The notes beneath the pieces are model-generated. The model was given only the letters and a program-made list of their open reading frames with translations, was not told the origin of the DNA and did no database searches. Of a stretch of 64,000 nucleotides of DNA, positions 1 through 11,543 are shown piece after piece. The position numbers and the translations under genes were made by a program. Every line of letters begins with the position of its first letter. Within the stretch, counting starts at the first letter, position 1. This DNA comes from Azolla caroliniana (taxonomy: Eukaryota; Plantae; Polypodiophyta): the NCBI GenBank assembly GCA_043228905.1, contig JBHGNT010000021.1, positions 9,548,001 through 9,612,000 on the forward strand, written 5' to 3'.

Positions 1-720
1 TATCAAACCATTTTTTCCTAAGTTTCTTGGTGCACTTCCAAGATGTGCGGTTGGTCGAAAAACATTTGTTTGTACATGAGAGAATGACTTTCTTGAAAGC
101 TTCGCATTTGCATGCTAGTGTGGCACCATATTGTATCTTTGTCATTTGTAATATATCCTCAACCATGTTGAAATACATGGGGAATCGCTTAAGGTTCATG
201 CTCAAGTGTGGTTGTTTATTATCTTCAATAGCCTTCTCACAATCAAACCTATGCATACATTTGAGATCAATACATAAAGGCCTAGGATCGGATTCCGGTG
301 TCCATTCGCCAATTGAGAATTTATGTATACGATCCAAAATACCTTTGGAAAGTAGCACATAGTCAATCACACTATTTCCGTTGTGTTTTCTACATGTAAA
401 ACCATTAGTGTTGGGCCATAAGGAAATACCATTTGCAATAAGCAATCCGGTACTATTGCACATTTGTAGGAGTAACTTCCCAAATTGGTCCGGATCTTTT
501 TAATCGCTAGAAGAGCGGTTATACATTTGCATATCCTCTTGCATCCTTGAGATATGTGGCATGAAAGATTCTTGTGAATCAAGTTGGAAACTTCTTGTAC
601 GAGCATTCATGTCACCAAAGACAATAACTTCCCCTTTGGATTTGAAATAAGCAATATCATCTTCTAGATTGGCAAACGGTTGATCTTTATCCAAACAAGC
701 ATAAAAGTTAGAATCTTGAT
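1..720 (-). mobile_element. Degenerate LINE fragment, APE-type endonuclease region
   Basis: Minus-strand translation gives 'FANLEDDIAYFKSKGEVIVFGDMNART' (500-694; GDxNA motif) and 'SVIDY' near 360-373. Broken by frameshifts and stops. Confidence 0.7.
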
Positions 721-721
721 G

Positions 722-2040
722 AGGGAGAGAGAGAGAGAGAGAGAGATTATATTATCGTCTTTGTATGTCAAATATGACCTATGAGACCAAAAATATTACA
801 TTTCAAGTGATATGTGTGAATGCGAGCAACGACTCTCGATGTTCAAGAACTTTACCAATGAATATTGCAATCAAGAGTGCACATTGTGGTTGTGAGAGAA
901 ATTTGTACAAGGATTGGGCTCGGTCGAAGATATGTGGAAAGCATGGTCGAATATGAGCAAAAGTAGAGCATTGTATCAAAGTGTGATACTCAGACTCGCG
1001 AACTTGTTCACGACAAAGTGTGCAGAGCCGACCACTCTCATCACTTGTGCTCCAACGCCCTGTCTCACATTGCAATGCATGTGAGCTAAGTCGCACGGAA
1101 GCAATGCTTTGAATGGCAGATAACGGGATGGGCTCTAACATGTATCGATGTGTACGGTTTCCCCGTTCTGCAAAGAATAAGGTTTTGTAGTTAGGTGCAA
1201 CATGTGTAGTATAATGTATGAAGTGTGAGCCTACACATTTGTCCCATGTCATGATACATTGGCGTTGCAAAAATACCTTATTTATACAGGAATCTAGTGA
1301 TGCATCATGAAGCAAGTGTCTCGCATCCCATCTACCAAAGCATTTTTCTATATCTTGCATCCAACCGGAACACACAATTTTTCTTTTATGAGTATTTTGG
1401 ATATTTTTGCTTGCCTCCCATGCAATTTTTGGAAGTCTATGTGAGGGGCTTTTTTGAACCTTAAGCATGTATTCAAGAACCTTTTCCATGGCCATCATCT
1501 CAATGGGAAATGATCCCGTCTCAAGGAGGAGAAGGGTGTAGGGCGTTTGTTTCTTAACTTGTAGAAACTTTGTAAGAAAATGCTTTTGGACATTTTCAAA
1601 CTCTTTCCACATAGATTTAGGGATGCTACCGTCCCATACTTCCACCCCATAGAGAAGAACCGGTGTCACCAAAGTGTCGAAAAGATATTTCTTGAGGACC
1701 CAACACTTAATATCTCCAAGATTGCATGTGTTCTCAAATGCATAGTATGCTCGCTTGCCCGCCTCTAAGCAGTGTGTAGCACATTCATTCCATATATGAT
1801 TTGAAGGAACCTTAAGGCCAAGATATTTGAAGTTTTCCACATATTCAAGTGGCTGATTTATGTACGTAATGCATTGTTTATCTCTTTTTTGGCTCTTCAC
1901 AAGAATAAACTTTGTTTTAGAGCTATTGACACTTAATTTAGTATGCATGCAATTTTTTTCCAATGCCTTCATAAGCTTTTGTGCATCTCCTAACTTAGTA
2001 TTTGCAAAAAACACTACATCATCTGCATATAGAAAAAGCA
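722..2040 (-). mobile_element. 5'-truncated LINE (RT C-terminal half plus Cys/His finger; RTEX/L2-like) ending in a (TC)n tail
   Basis: ORF 803..2065 contains LYADD, FKYLG, PVLLYGVEVW, 'RLSSHALQCETGRW' and 'CTLC..ESEYHTLIQC'. A short 3' UTR ends AATATAA followed by (TC)n at 722-746. Clade assignment is inference. Confidence 0.8.
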
Positions 2041-5000
2041 ACCTCGTAGTCAAGTCCATCCTCAAGTTCGACTGGGGGTGGAAATGGTGTAATACGATCT
2101 GGGATAGTGCTGTCCCGATACGGTTCTAGAAGGGAACTATGAAATACCGGATGTACATCCATAATTGCGAAGGTAGATAAGGCGAAAAGTAACATCATTA
2201 ATTTTTGCGTTAATACGAAAAGGGCCTAACCATCGATAATCCAGCTTGTCACATGGTCGAGTAGTCTTGATGTGCCGTTGTAATAGCCATACTTGATCTC
2301 CAATATCAAAAGAGGATGGAAGCCGATGTCGATCTACATAGTCCTTCTGTGTCTGTTGGGCGCGATGTAGATGGACAGATAGTTCTGCCTGAATTCGTCG
2401 TAGCCACTCCAAATGATCCTCAACACTAGGATTTGTGGGTAACTCGGGAGTTTCTAACAGACACCAATGAGGATGATAGCCGGTATAAGCGTAGAATGGT
2501 GTAACCCTAGTAGAGAAGTGGATAGAATTATTATAAGCAAATTTAGCAAAGTGTAGAATATCTACCCAATCATCTTGTTGATAGCTTAGGAAATACTGAA
2601 GATACTGTTCCAACGTTTGATTGGTACGTTCTGCTTGTCCATCTGTTTGGGGATGATAGGTAGAGGAGAGATTGCAAGTGACCTTGAGCAATTTGGAGAG
2701 ATGCTTCCAAAATTTAGAGACGAATTGAGGTCCACGATCATTGATGATACTATCGGGAAGACCATGAAGCCGAAATACTTCACGCATAACAATTTCCGTG
2801 GTTTCTTCACTAGTGATTTCATTAGTACAAGGCACGAAATGTGCCATCTTAGTATATCGATCTACTGCTGTTAAGATCACATTAAAGCCCTTCGAATCCG
2901 GAAGATCTGTGATAAAATCTAGAGAAATGGATTGCCACGGTTTGCTTGGGATCGGTAACGGCTCCAACAAACCATATGGATGATGTCTAGGCATCTTCGC
3001 TCTGCAACATGTATCACATGTCCGAACATAGTCTTTGACAAATCTTCACATATGGGGCCACCAAAATGATTGTTGTACTAAATCCAACGTTTTGGTACTA
3101 CCAAAATGTTTGACTAAGTATGTGTCATGACAATTTTGTGCTATTTGAAGGTGACAAGAACTATTGGGAACATACAAAAGTTTTTAAAGAAGAGCAAACC
3201 ATCATGACATTTGAATTGTCGATAATCCGTACTTGGTTGTTGTGACCGTGAACAAGATGCTCGAGAGAGATCGATTTGATCTAGAATAGCTTGAGCAAAA
3301 ACATCAGTCTTCAAATCTTCATGTATGGTATCGATAATGCAGGAATCTAATGGAGTGTCAAAAACCCACATTGCTTGAAGTCGTGCTGGACCTAGGATTA
3401 CTTGTTTTTGATTGTCGAAGGCTGGATCACCAGGACGAGGAGCTAGATACGAGCGTCGTGATGATGCATCTGCCTTCCCCTGTTGTTTGTGGGGACGATA
3501 TGTAATCTTGAAGTCAAAATGAGTGAGGAATTGAGCCCACCGAGCTTGTCGTCTATTAAACATGCGAGCATTCTGGAAGTAGGCAAGATTCTTGTGATCA
3601 CTAAATACAGTGACTTGATGAGGAGATCCTTTTAAAGAATGCCTCCATTGTGCAAAAAAGTCCACTATTTCTTATAGCTCATTGTCATGTATCTCATAGT
3701 TGATTTCAGCGGCATCAAATTTGCGCAAGTGGAAAGCCACAGGATGTAGCTTTTGATCGTCGCCTTGCCGTGACAAAATACAACGAGGGCGAAATTTGAC
3801 GCGTCTGCCTCAATGATAAATGGTTTTTGCAAATTAACATGAGCTAGAATAGGAGCCAATGTAAATGCTTTCTTGAGACCTTCAAAAGTCGTGTCTGTTT
3901 CCTTAGACCAAACAAACGATTGTCCCTTCTTTGTAAGCTATGTGAGCAGTAAAATAAGCTTTGAGTAGTCCTGTATATCATTGTGATAGAAATTTGCAAA
4001 TCCTAAAAAGCATTGCACATCTCGCAATGAATGTGGAGTTTTCCACTCTAACACAATTTGGCCTTTAGCTGGATCCATAGATATGCCTTCCGAGGAGGTG
4101 ACATAGCCTAGAAATTCCACCTGGTTAGAAACAAAACTACAATTTTCCAGGTTTGCATAAAGACCATGTTCTTATTGTTGTCTTAGTACTAATAGTACAT
4201 GAAAATCATGCTCCTCATGTGTCTTTGAATAAACTAGTAGATCATCCAAGTAGATGATCAAACAAATGTCCAAAAGATCTCGGAATATATCATTCGCCAT
4301 GTGCTGGAAGATTGTTGGCGCATTGGTGAGGCCGAATGGCATAACCGTATACTCGAAGTGCCCATATCGAGTGCGGAAACCCGTCTTCCATTCGTCTCCC
4401 AGTCGAATCCTTATGAGGTTATAAGCTCCTTGTAAATCAATTTTTGTGAAACATTTTGCGCCATTAATCCTTTCTAAAAGACTCGAGATCAGGGGAAGTG
4501 CATACCTATTCCTGATGGTGACCTTATTCAAGCCACGGTAATCCACAACTAGACAAAGTGAGCCATCTTTTTTCTTGACGAAGAAAATCGGTGCCTCGGC
4601 TGGAGATTTTGAATGTCGATTGAACTCGTTTGCCAAATTTTCCTCTATGTAGGCTCGACGAACTTCAAGCTCGGTTGGTGAAAAGTTGTAGATCGGTCCC
4701 CACGGTGGATCTTTTCTTGGGTGTAAATCAATGGGACAATCATACGGTCGATGGTGAGGAAGAGTACTAGCTTTTACCTGATCAAAAACATCGGTGTAAA
4801 GATGATAGTTCTTTGGAAGTTGAATTGTTGACTCCACCTTAGCGGTGTTGGAAGGTTTCACTGATACCACGAATACAAACATTGATTCCTTGCGTCCTTC
4901 CTCACGCAATTGATGTAGCAAAATGGTTGAAATCTTGTGAGTAGATTCTCGCAATTGTCGATACCTGATTTCTCTTGTTCTCCCATCTATGTTCGAATTG

Positions 5001-6425
5001 TGTAATTCGAACCACGGTAACCCGAAAACAATTGGATGCTCTGGACTACTAATTATATTAAATGATACCACACATGCCAAATTATTTAGGACAACACTAA
5101 TCGGCTCTGACTCTTCTACGATATTACCAGAAGCAATGGGGCGACCATCAATGACTACTAGAGAAGCTAGGCAAGAGAGTTTTCTTAGGGATATTTAATG
5201 AGCTTTGGCAAAATTCTTATCTATGAAGCAAGAATTGGCTCCGGAATCTAGGAGTGCTAAGACATGTACTAGAGGGTTACTTTTAGTACTAATTGTTACT
5301 TGAGCTAGGAAGACATTGCTAACTTGCTTAGAGGGAATGGAACCAGTAATGGGCTGCACAGATCTAGGGCTGTCCAACCAAACGACTCCTATTTTAGCTA
5401 GACTTAGTCGTTTAACTCTTCTTCTAGTTGACTAAGGACTTCAAATATGTTTGATAGGCTTGGGCTATTAGGACTATCAGACACTCCTAATGGAATAGAC
5501 TCGGGTTTAGTACTATCAGTACTAGCGGCTATTTGATTTACCTGTCTTCTTGGCCTATGAGGACAATTCACTGCAATATGCCCCGGTCCCCCGTAATAAA
5601 GACATAGTCGATTTGCTCGACGTCACTACTTTTCCTCTTCCGTTAATGGTCCACGATGACATGTGGTGTCGATTTCCATCGGAGTTGGAGTATTTACTAG
5701 AGACACATTATATGACTCGCAAATGGTTTTGCTACGACTTAGGCATATGTGGGCTCCAACCTTGTTCTTGGCATTTGTTACTGATGTTCCGAATGTTGTT
5801 CGAGCAACGTACTGCTCGAGTGATTGCCTCTGTAAGCGACTTGGTTCTTCGGGGAAAGTCAAGAGTAAATCTTTGACATCATTTCGCAGGCCATATCGAA
5901 ACTACTCCATCAATGCTAGGTCATCCCAGGGAATATTGGCGGCCAATAGACGGCAATCCATAGTGTAAGCTGAGGCTGGACGATCACCTTGATGCAATCT
6001 TCGGATTTTATTGATTGTTGTCCTAACGATATCGGTGTCCTCGAAACAGGCTTTAAACTCTCTAATAAATTCCTCAAAATTATTTAACAATGGAGATCCT
6101 TGTTCTAACAAAGGAGTGAACCATGCCAAAGGTGTGTCACTAACCAATGTGCCTACTAGTCCCACTCGTGATGCATCGGTGGGATATCGGGAAGGATGCA
6201 TGTGAATCACAAGACGTACCTGATTAAGGAATCCTCTAAATTGTGATCGTGGTCCATCGAATTTTGTAGAAAGACCGATCTTGGGTTCTTTATGAATTCC
6301 TTGAGTACTTGGTCCCTATTGTTGCAATGACACAATGGTTGCTTCAAGTTGTTGCACACGTAATGCAAACTCTCCATGTTGTTGTTGCGTTTGCTGCTTC
6401 TTTAGAGAGATTTGTTGAAGAGAAA
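2038..6425 (-). mobile_element. Degenerate chromoviral Ty3/gypsy (Tcn1-like): gag-PR-RT-RH-INT, cut at the start of the chromodomain, no LTRs
   Basis: gag 'RGFLNQVRLVIHMHPSRYPTD'; knuckle 'CLYYGGPGHIAVNC'; PR 'ALLDSGA' (5195-5377); RT 'YLDD' (4172-5080); RH 'DAS', 'FSDHKNL'; INT 'SLDFITDLP..DRGPQF..HPQTDGQAE', GPF motif, then 'HPVFHSSLLEPY..PPPVELEDGLDYEV'. Many stops and frameshifts. Confidence 0.85.
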
Positions 6426-6426
6426 T

Positions 6427-7498
6427 TGCCGCAAGTGAAAAGGAGCCGTTGTTCATTAGTGAACAAAATGAGGTCAATCTTGTCGGCAAAGAATAGACAT
6501 GGGTGGTCGATTCGGGTGCGTCGTTTCACCTAACCCCCGACCGAAAGTGCTTCTCATCATACAAGGCTGTAGACCACGGTCTTGTGAAGATGGGAAATGA
6601 AGGAGCATGTCGAAAGTGCTTCTCATCATACAAGGCTGTAGACCACGGTCTTGTGAAGATGGGAAATGAAGGAGCATGTCGAATTGTCAGCATTGGAGAT
6701 GTGTGTTTGGTAACGTCAACTGGGTGCAGACTTGTCTTGAGAGATGTACGACATGTTCCGGAAGTTCGATTGGACTTGATATTAGCTGGTTGGTTGGATG
6801 ACAAAGGCTACACGGGTAGCATCCGGAATGACATCATGAAGCTTTGCAAAGGGAGCCTGATCGTGGCTTGCGCCCGGAAGACAAATAGACTGTACTTGAT
6901 AAATGCTCGATTATGCCGAGGGGAAGTAAACGTAGTAGCCGACACAACCGGTGAGCTGTGGCACAGAGGCTATGCCACATGAGTAAGAAGGGAATGCAGA
7001 TGCTAGCCGAAAAGGAACTCCTACCGGAGGTAAAGAAAGTGCATCTGGATAAGTGTGTTGATTGCCTGGCCTACAAACAAAATCGAACCTCGTTCCGATC
7101 GAGGCCCCCGATGAGGAAGAAAATGCCACTGGAACTCGTGCATACAGACGTATGCTACGTGGACATGAAGTCTCATGCTAGGTCATAGTATTTCGTGACC
7201 TTTATAGACGACTGTAGCCGGAAATTGCGGGCTTCCGTGTTGAAAATGAAGGATCAAGTATTATCCGTCTTCAAAGATTTCCAAGCGAGGGGCGTGAGGG
7301 AAACCGGTCGAAAGTTGAAGGTAGTTTGAGCCGACAATGGTGGAGAGTACCGCGGACCGTTCGAAGAATATTTCCGAGCATAGGGAATGCGGCTCGAGTA
7401 TACCGCGCCGAAGGCGCCAATACTTAATGGGCTGGCCGAGAGAATGAACTAGACCATAATGGAGAGGGTTCGAAGTATGCTTACTCATGCAAAGTTAC
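6427..7498 (+). mobile_element. Copia A, internal fragment (PR, GAG-pre-INT, INT start); same lineage as Copia E
   Basis: 'WVVDSGASFH', 'LWH.LCHMS', 'LELVHTDVC'. Nucleotide similarity to about 33745-34745. Multiple stops. Confidence 0.85.
6542..6679 (+). repeat. Perfect 69-bp in-frame tandem duplication in the Copia A protease region
   Basis: Unit cgaaagtgc...ggagcatgt at 6542 and 6611, with CGAA microhomology at the junctions. Confidence 0.95.
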
Positions 7499-10400
7499 AC
7501 TCCGCATCCGATTGCGAATGTCGGAGAAGTTCCCCTTAGCCATGTCGGGTAGAAAGGGAAACTCATGAACGTGTTGCACGTTTCGACAATCATGAAGAAC
7601 TTGGTCTCGGTCGGACAGATCGTCGACCAAGGGATGGAGGTTCGGTTTACACACCTCGGGTGCTTCATTGAGGAAGAAGGCCGTGTGATTGCGCAAGGGC
7701 GCAGAGACGGGAGGATGTTCATCCTCGACTCCACTGACGGCGGCACCGCAATGTTCGCGAAGGAACAAAAGACCGAGTCAGACATCGACTTGTGGCACAA
7801 GCGGATAGGCCACGTCAACTACCAGCGGCTTCAAGATCTGCAAACGAAACAGGTAGTGTTCGGATTGCCCAAATTTAGTGGCCGAAAGGCACAAATTTGT
7901 GAAGCCTGCCAGCTCGGGAAGCAACACCGACTTCCCTTCCCCAACGAGCGAAACCGGAGCCAGAACAAGCTCGACCTTATACATTCTGATGTATGGGGGC
8001 CGGCACAAAACGTTAGACTTGGCGGGAGCCGATATTTCGTCTCCTTCATCGACGACCACACGCGGCACACGTGGATCTACCTCATTGAGAGGAAGAGCGA
8101 AGTCTTCGACTGTTTCCGGGACCTTAAAGGGTTCATGGAAGCCGAAACGGGACAAAAGATCAAGTGCCTGCGGTCGGATGGCGGGAAAGAGTACTTTTCC
8201 GGTCAATTCAACGGTTACCTACAAATGGGAATTCGCCGCGAATTCAGTTGTAGATACACGCCATAGCAGAACGGCGTGGCCGAGAGAAAGAATCGGTCAG
8301 TTGTGGAAGCGGCACGAGCAATGCTGGAGGAGAAGAGCTTGCCCAAGTTCTACTGGGCCGAGGCGGTAAGAACCGCGGTATACATCCAGAACCGGATCAG
8401 AGACAAAGTGTTGGCGCACGAGCTATATTTCGGAACGAAGCCGAACTTGCGACACTTGAGGGTGTTCGGTAGCATTGCGTATGTGCATGTAGCGAAGGAG
8501 AAAAGGAGGAAGCTGGACGCAAAGGCCGAGAAGTGCATCTTGGTCGGTTACTCGGACGAGCAGAAGGGTTATAAGTGCTATAACCCTCGCACCAAACAAG
8601 CGCGTGTCAACCGCGACGTTGTGTTTGACGAGTCCGCGTCCTGGTACCTGCCCCCGACTCGGAACCCCGACCCCAATCCGAGCTCTAACGATGAGGTCAG
8701 CGAGGCCGAGATGCCTCCGGATGAGCCCGAAATCGAGACCCGCGATGAGAGTCCGATTTCACTCCGGTTAAGTGGACCGATTGGATGACTGAGTCGGTAC
8801 GACCAGTCCGATGAAGAGCCGGCGAGTAGTGGAGACTCGGGTGTTTATTCCCCGCGCAGGAAGCCGAGCAGACGGCTTACGCGCAAAGAGAAAGGGAAGA
8901 AGAAGGTGTCAGATTCCGGCACGGATAGGAACGAGTCAGAACGACGCGAGTCCGACTCCGAGGGAACCGGTGACGGGTCTTTAAAGATGAAGACCGCATC
9001 GACTGAGAAGGCCTCGACATCGGCTAATGTGAGATTACGCCGATCTACCCGCCAGAAGAACCCAGTTGTGCGGTTCGGATACAACGAGTACATGGCGCAT
9101 CATTATGCGTACATGACCCGTGTAGCGGAAGTGTGTGAGCCGGAGAGCTACGCAGAAGCGGCTAAAGATGTGAATTGGCGTGCCGCGATGGAGGAAGAGA
9201 TGCACGCATTGGCGGAGAACGAGACTTGGGACCTGGTTGACGCACCGAAGGGGGTAAAACCGATCGGGTGTAGGTGGGTGTACAAGGTCAAGTACAACAC
9301 CGATGGCTCGGTCAACCGGTACAAGGCTCGGCTAGTGGCAAAGGGCTACGCGCAGAAACACGGCATCGACTACGATGAGACGTTTGCGTCGGTCGCGAAA
9401 ATGACGACCGTTCGTGTTTTGCTCGCAGTAGCCGCGGCCAAGGGGTGGCACCTACATCAAATGGATGTAAAGAATGCGTTCCTGCAAGGTGACCTTGAGG
9501 AACAAGTGTACATGGTACAACCCCCCGGATTTCACTCCGGAACGAACTCCTCGGCAGTATGCCGACTGAAGAAGTCCCTTTACGGACTGAAGCAAGCCCC
9601 GCGTGCCTGGAACGCGAAGATCACGCAACAACTACGTCGGATGGGCTTCGTCACGTCAAAATCGGACTCTTCCCTGTTCATCCAGAAAGGTCGACTCGGC
9701 CCGGTTAGTATTCTACTATATGTCGATGACTTGGTCATCACCGGTGCCGACCTAGGTGAAATCGACCGCGTGAAGCTCCAGCTTGCGGCATCGTTCGACA
9801 TGAAGGATCTGGGAGACCTTCATTACTTCCTCGGGATCGAAGTGATCCGTACCCCCGAAGGCATATTGATCAGCCAACGTCATTACATGCTGAGTATGCT
9901 CTTCAAATTTGGGATGGCCGACTGTAAGTCCATCTCGACTCCTCTGGACAGAACCGTCAAGCTTCGTCCCGATACAGGAAAGGTATGCGACCCGATGAGG
10001 TTCCGACAAATTGTCGGAAGCCTTATATACTTGACCATCACCCGACCCGACCTCAGTTATCCAGTTGGGGTGACCAGTCAGTTCATGGCGCGACCTACCG
10101 AGGAGCACCTTCAGTGTGCGCAACGCATACTTCGGTATGTCAACGGCACTAAGGACCGGGGACTGCTATATCGGACCGGTGCAGCCACGCGGTTAGTCGG
10201 CTACACCGATGTTGATTGGGCTGGCAACGCCGCCGATCGCCGATCCACGTCTGGATACGCGTTCTCCCTCGGGAGTGCCGCGATCGCGTGGAGCAGTAAG
10301 AAGCAGCCGACAGTTGCCCTGTTGAGCACCGAAGCTGAGTATCGAGGAGCGGCTGTTGCGACATGCGAAGCCATATGGTTGAAGCGGCTACTTAAGGACC

Positions 10401-11543
10401 TGCAAGTGGAGGTGTCAGATCCGACGACGATCTACTGCGACAACCACAGCAGCATCCAACTCGAGAAGAACCCCGTTTTCCACGCACAGACCAAGCACAT
10501 TGAGGTGCATTACCATTTCGTCCGTGAGCGTGTGCTTTCAGGCTGCCGACATCTTCACCAAGCCTCTTGGTCTAGACAAGTTGCGGAAATTCTCCGGTGC
10601 GCTCGGGTTGCGTCACCTTGACGTGCCGAACTTGAGGGGGAGAACAGTCCCGAACGACCAAGCAAGGCAGCAGGAAAGGAGCGGACACCGCGACACCGAG
10701 TCAGTTGACAAGTTCAACATCGGATCGGCTGAAGAAGCCGAGGGCGGACCCACGGAAAAGTTCGGAAGCGGACAGAAGGGGAGCAACCGAAGGAGAGAGC
10801 CGAAGCCAACCACGCATGAGGAGGATGACGCCATCGAGGGCGAGAAGACCGAAGACGAGTTGGAGACAGCCAACTCGGACGAGAGCGAAGACCGATCGGA
10901 GGTAGCCGAGTCGGTTCGGATGTTTGATTCAGACACGCTAAATCAACCGAGGCCCAAGCGGAAGAAAAGGCAGCAGAAGAAGCGTCAACACCGCAACAAC
11001 AGAAGAGCTGATGAGGGCCACATGAGCAGACAAGCCGACAGGAAGGGTCGAAGCGTGCGGAGTCGAACAAGTCGAGGAGCGCGAGCGAGGCGAGAAGCCA
11101 GGAGGAACCGGTGCTATGAAGATCCCGAAGAGCCTCAAGTTGAGCTTGAGGGGGAGTGTTGAGAGACAAGCTCAACATCGACCGGATCGGCTGAAGAAGC
11201 CGAGGACCGGATCGGTTGGGACCGATCGGTTAGGTCGAGTGCATAAACCGGGAGGCCGTTAGGAAAGATATTCCATGAGGAATATATTTGGGAGTTAGTG
11301 TAGGAGCTCTTGATGAGCATTGAAGTACTGTCAGTACTTCGGTCAGTCCTTCTAGGACTTGTATAAAAGTGCTCGCTGAGCACGTCTTATGTACAGATTG
11401 AGTATTATTGTTGAATATAGTTTTTTGTGTTTTCTCTCTCTGTCTCTCCCGAGTATACTGCGTAAGCTCAAGCTCTCCATTGAACCTGAGTTTCCTTCCT
11501 TCTGTTCGGTCTTCATACCTGCTTCCGCACGCTGCTTTCTACA
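7499..11543 (+). mobile_element. Copia B, 5'-deleted: PR end, INT, RT, RH, C-terminal extension, PPT and 3' LTR (11157-11543)
   Basis: ORFs 7565..8266, 8276..8788 and 8906..10621 (IHSDVWGP, LRSDGG, YKARLVAKG, LYVDD). PPT GAGGGGGAG at 11148-11156. LTR TGTTGAGAG...TTCTACA with TATA at about 11362. Confidence 0.9.

Noticed and set aside
11408-11543. Hydrophobic signal-like N-terminus on the RT ORF 11408..12199
   Set aside because: Artefact of the B LTR reading into the interrupted RT of C.
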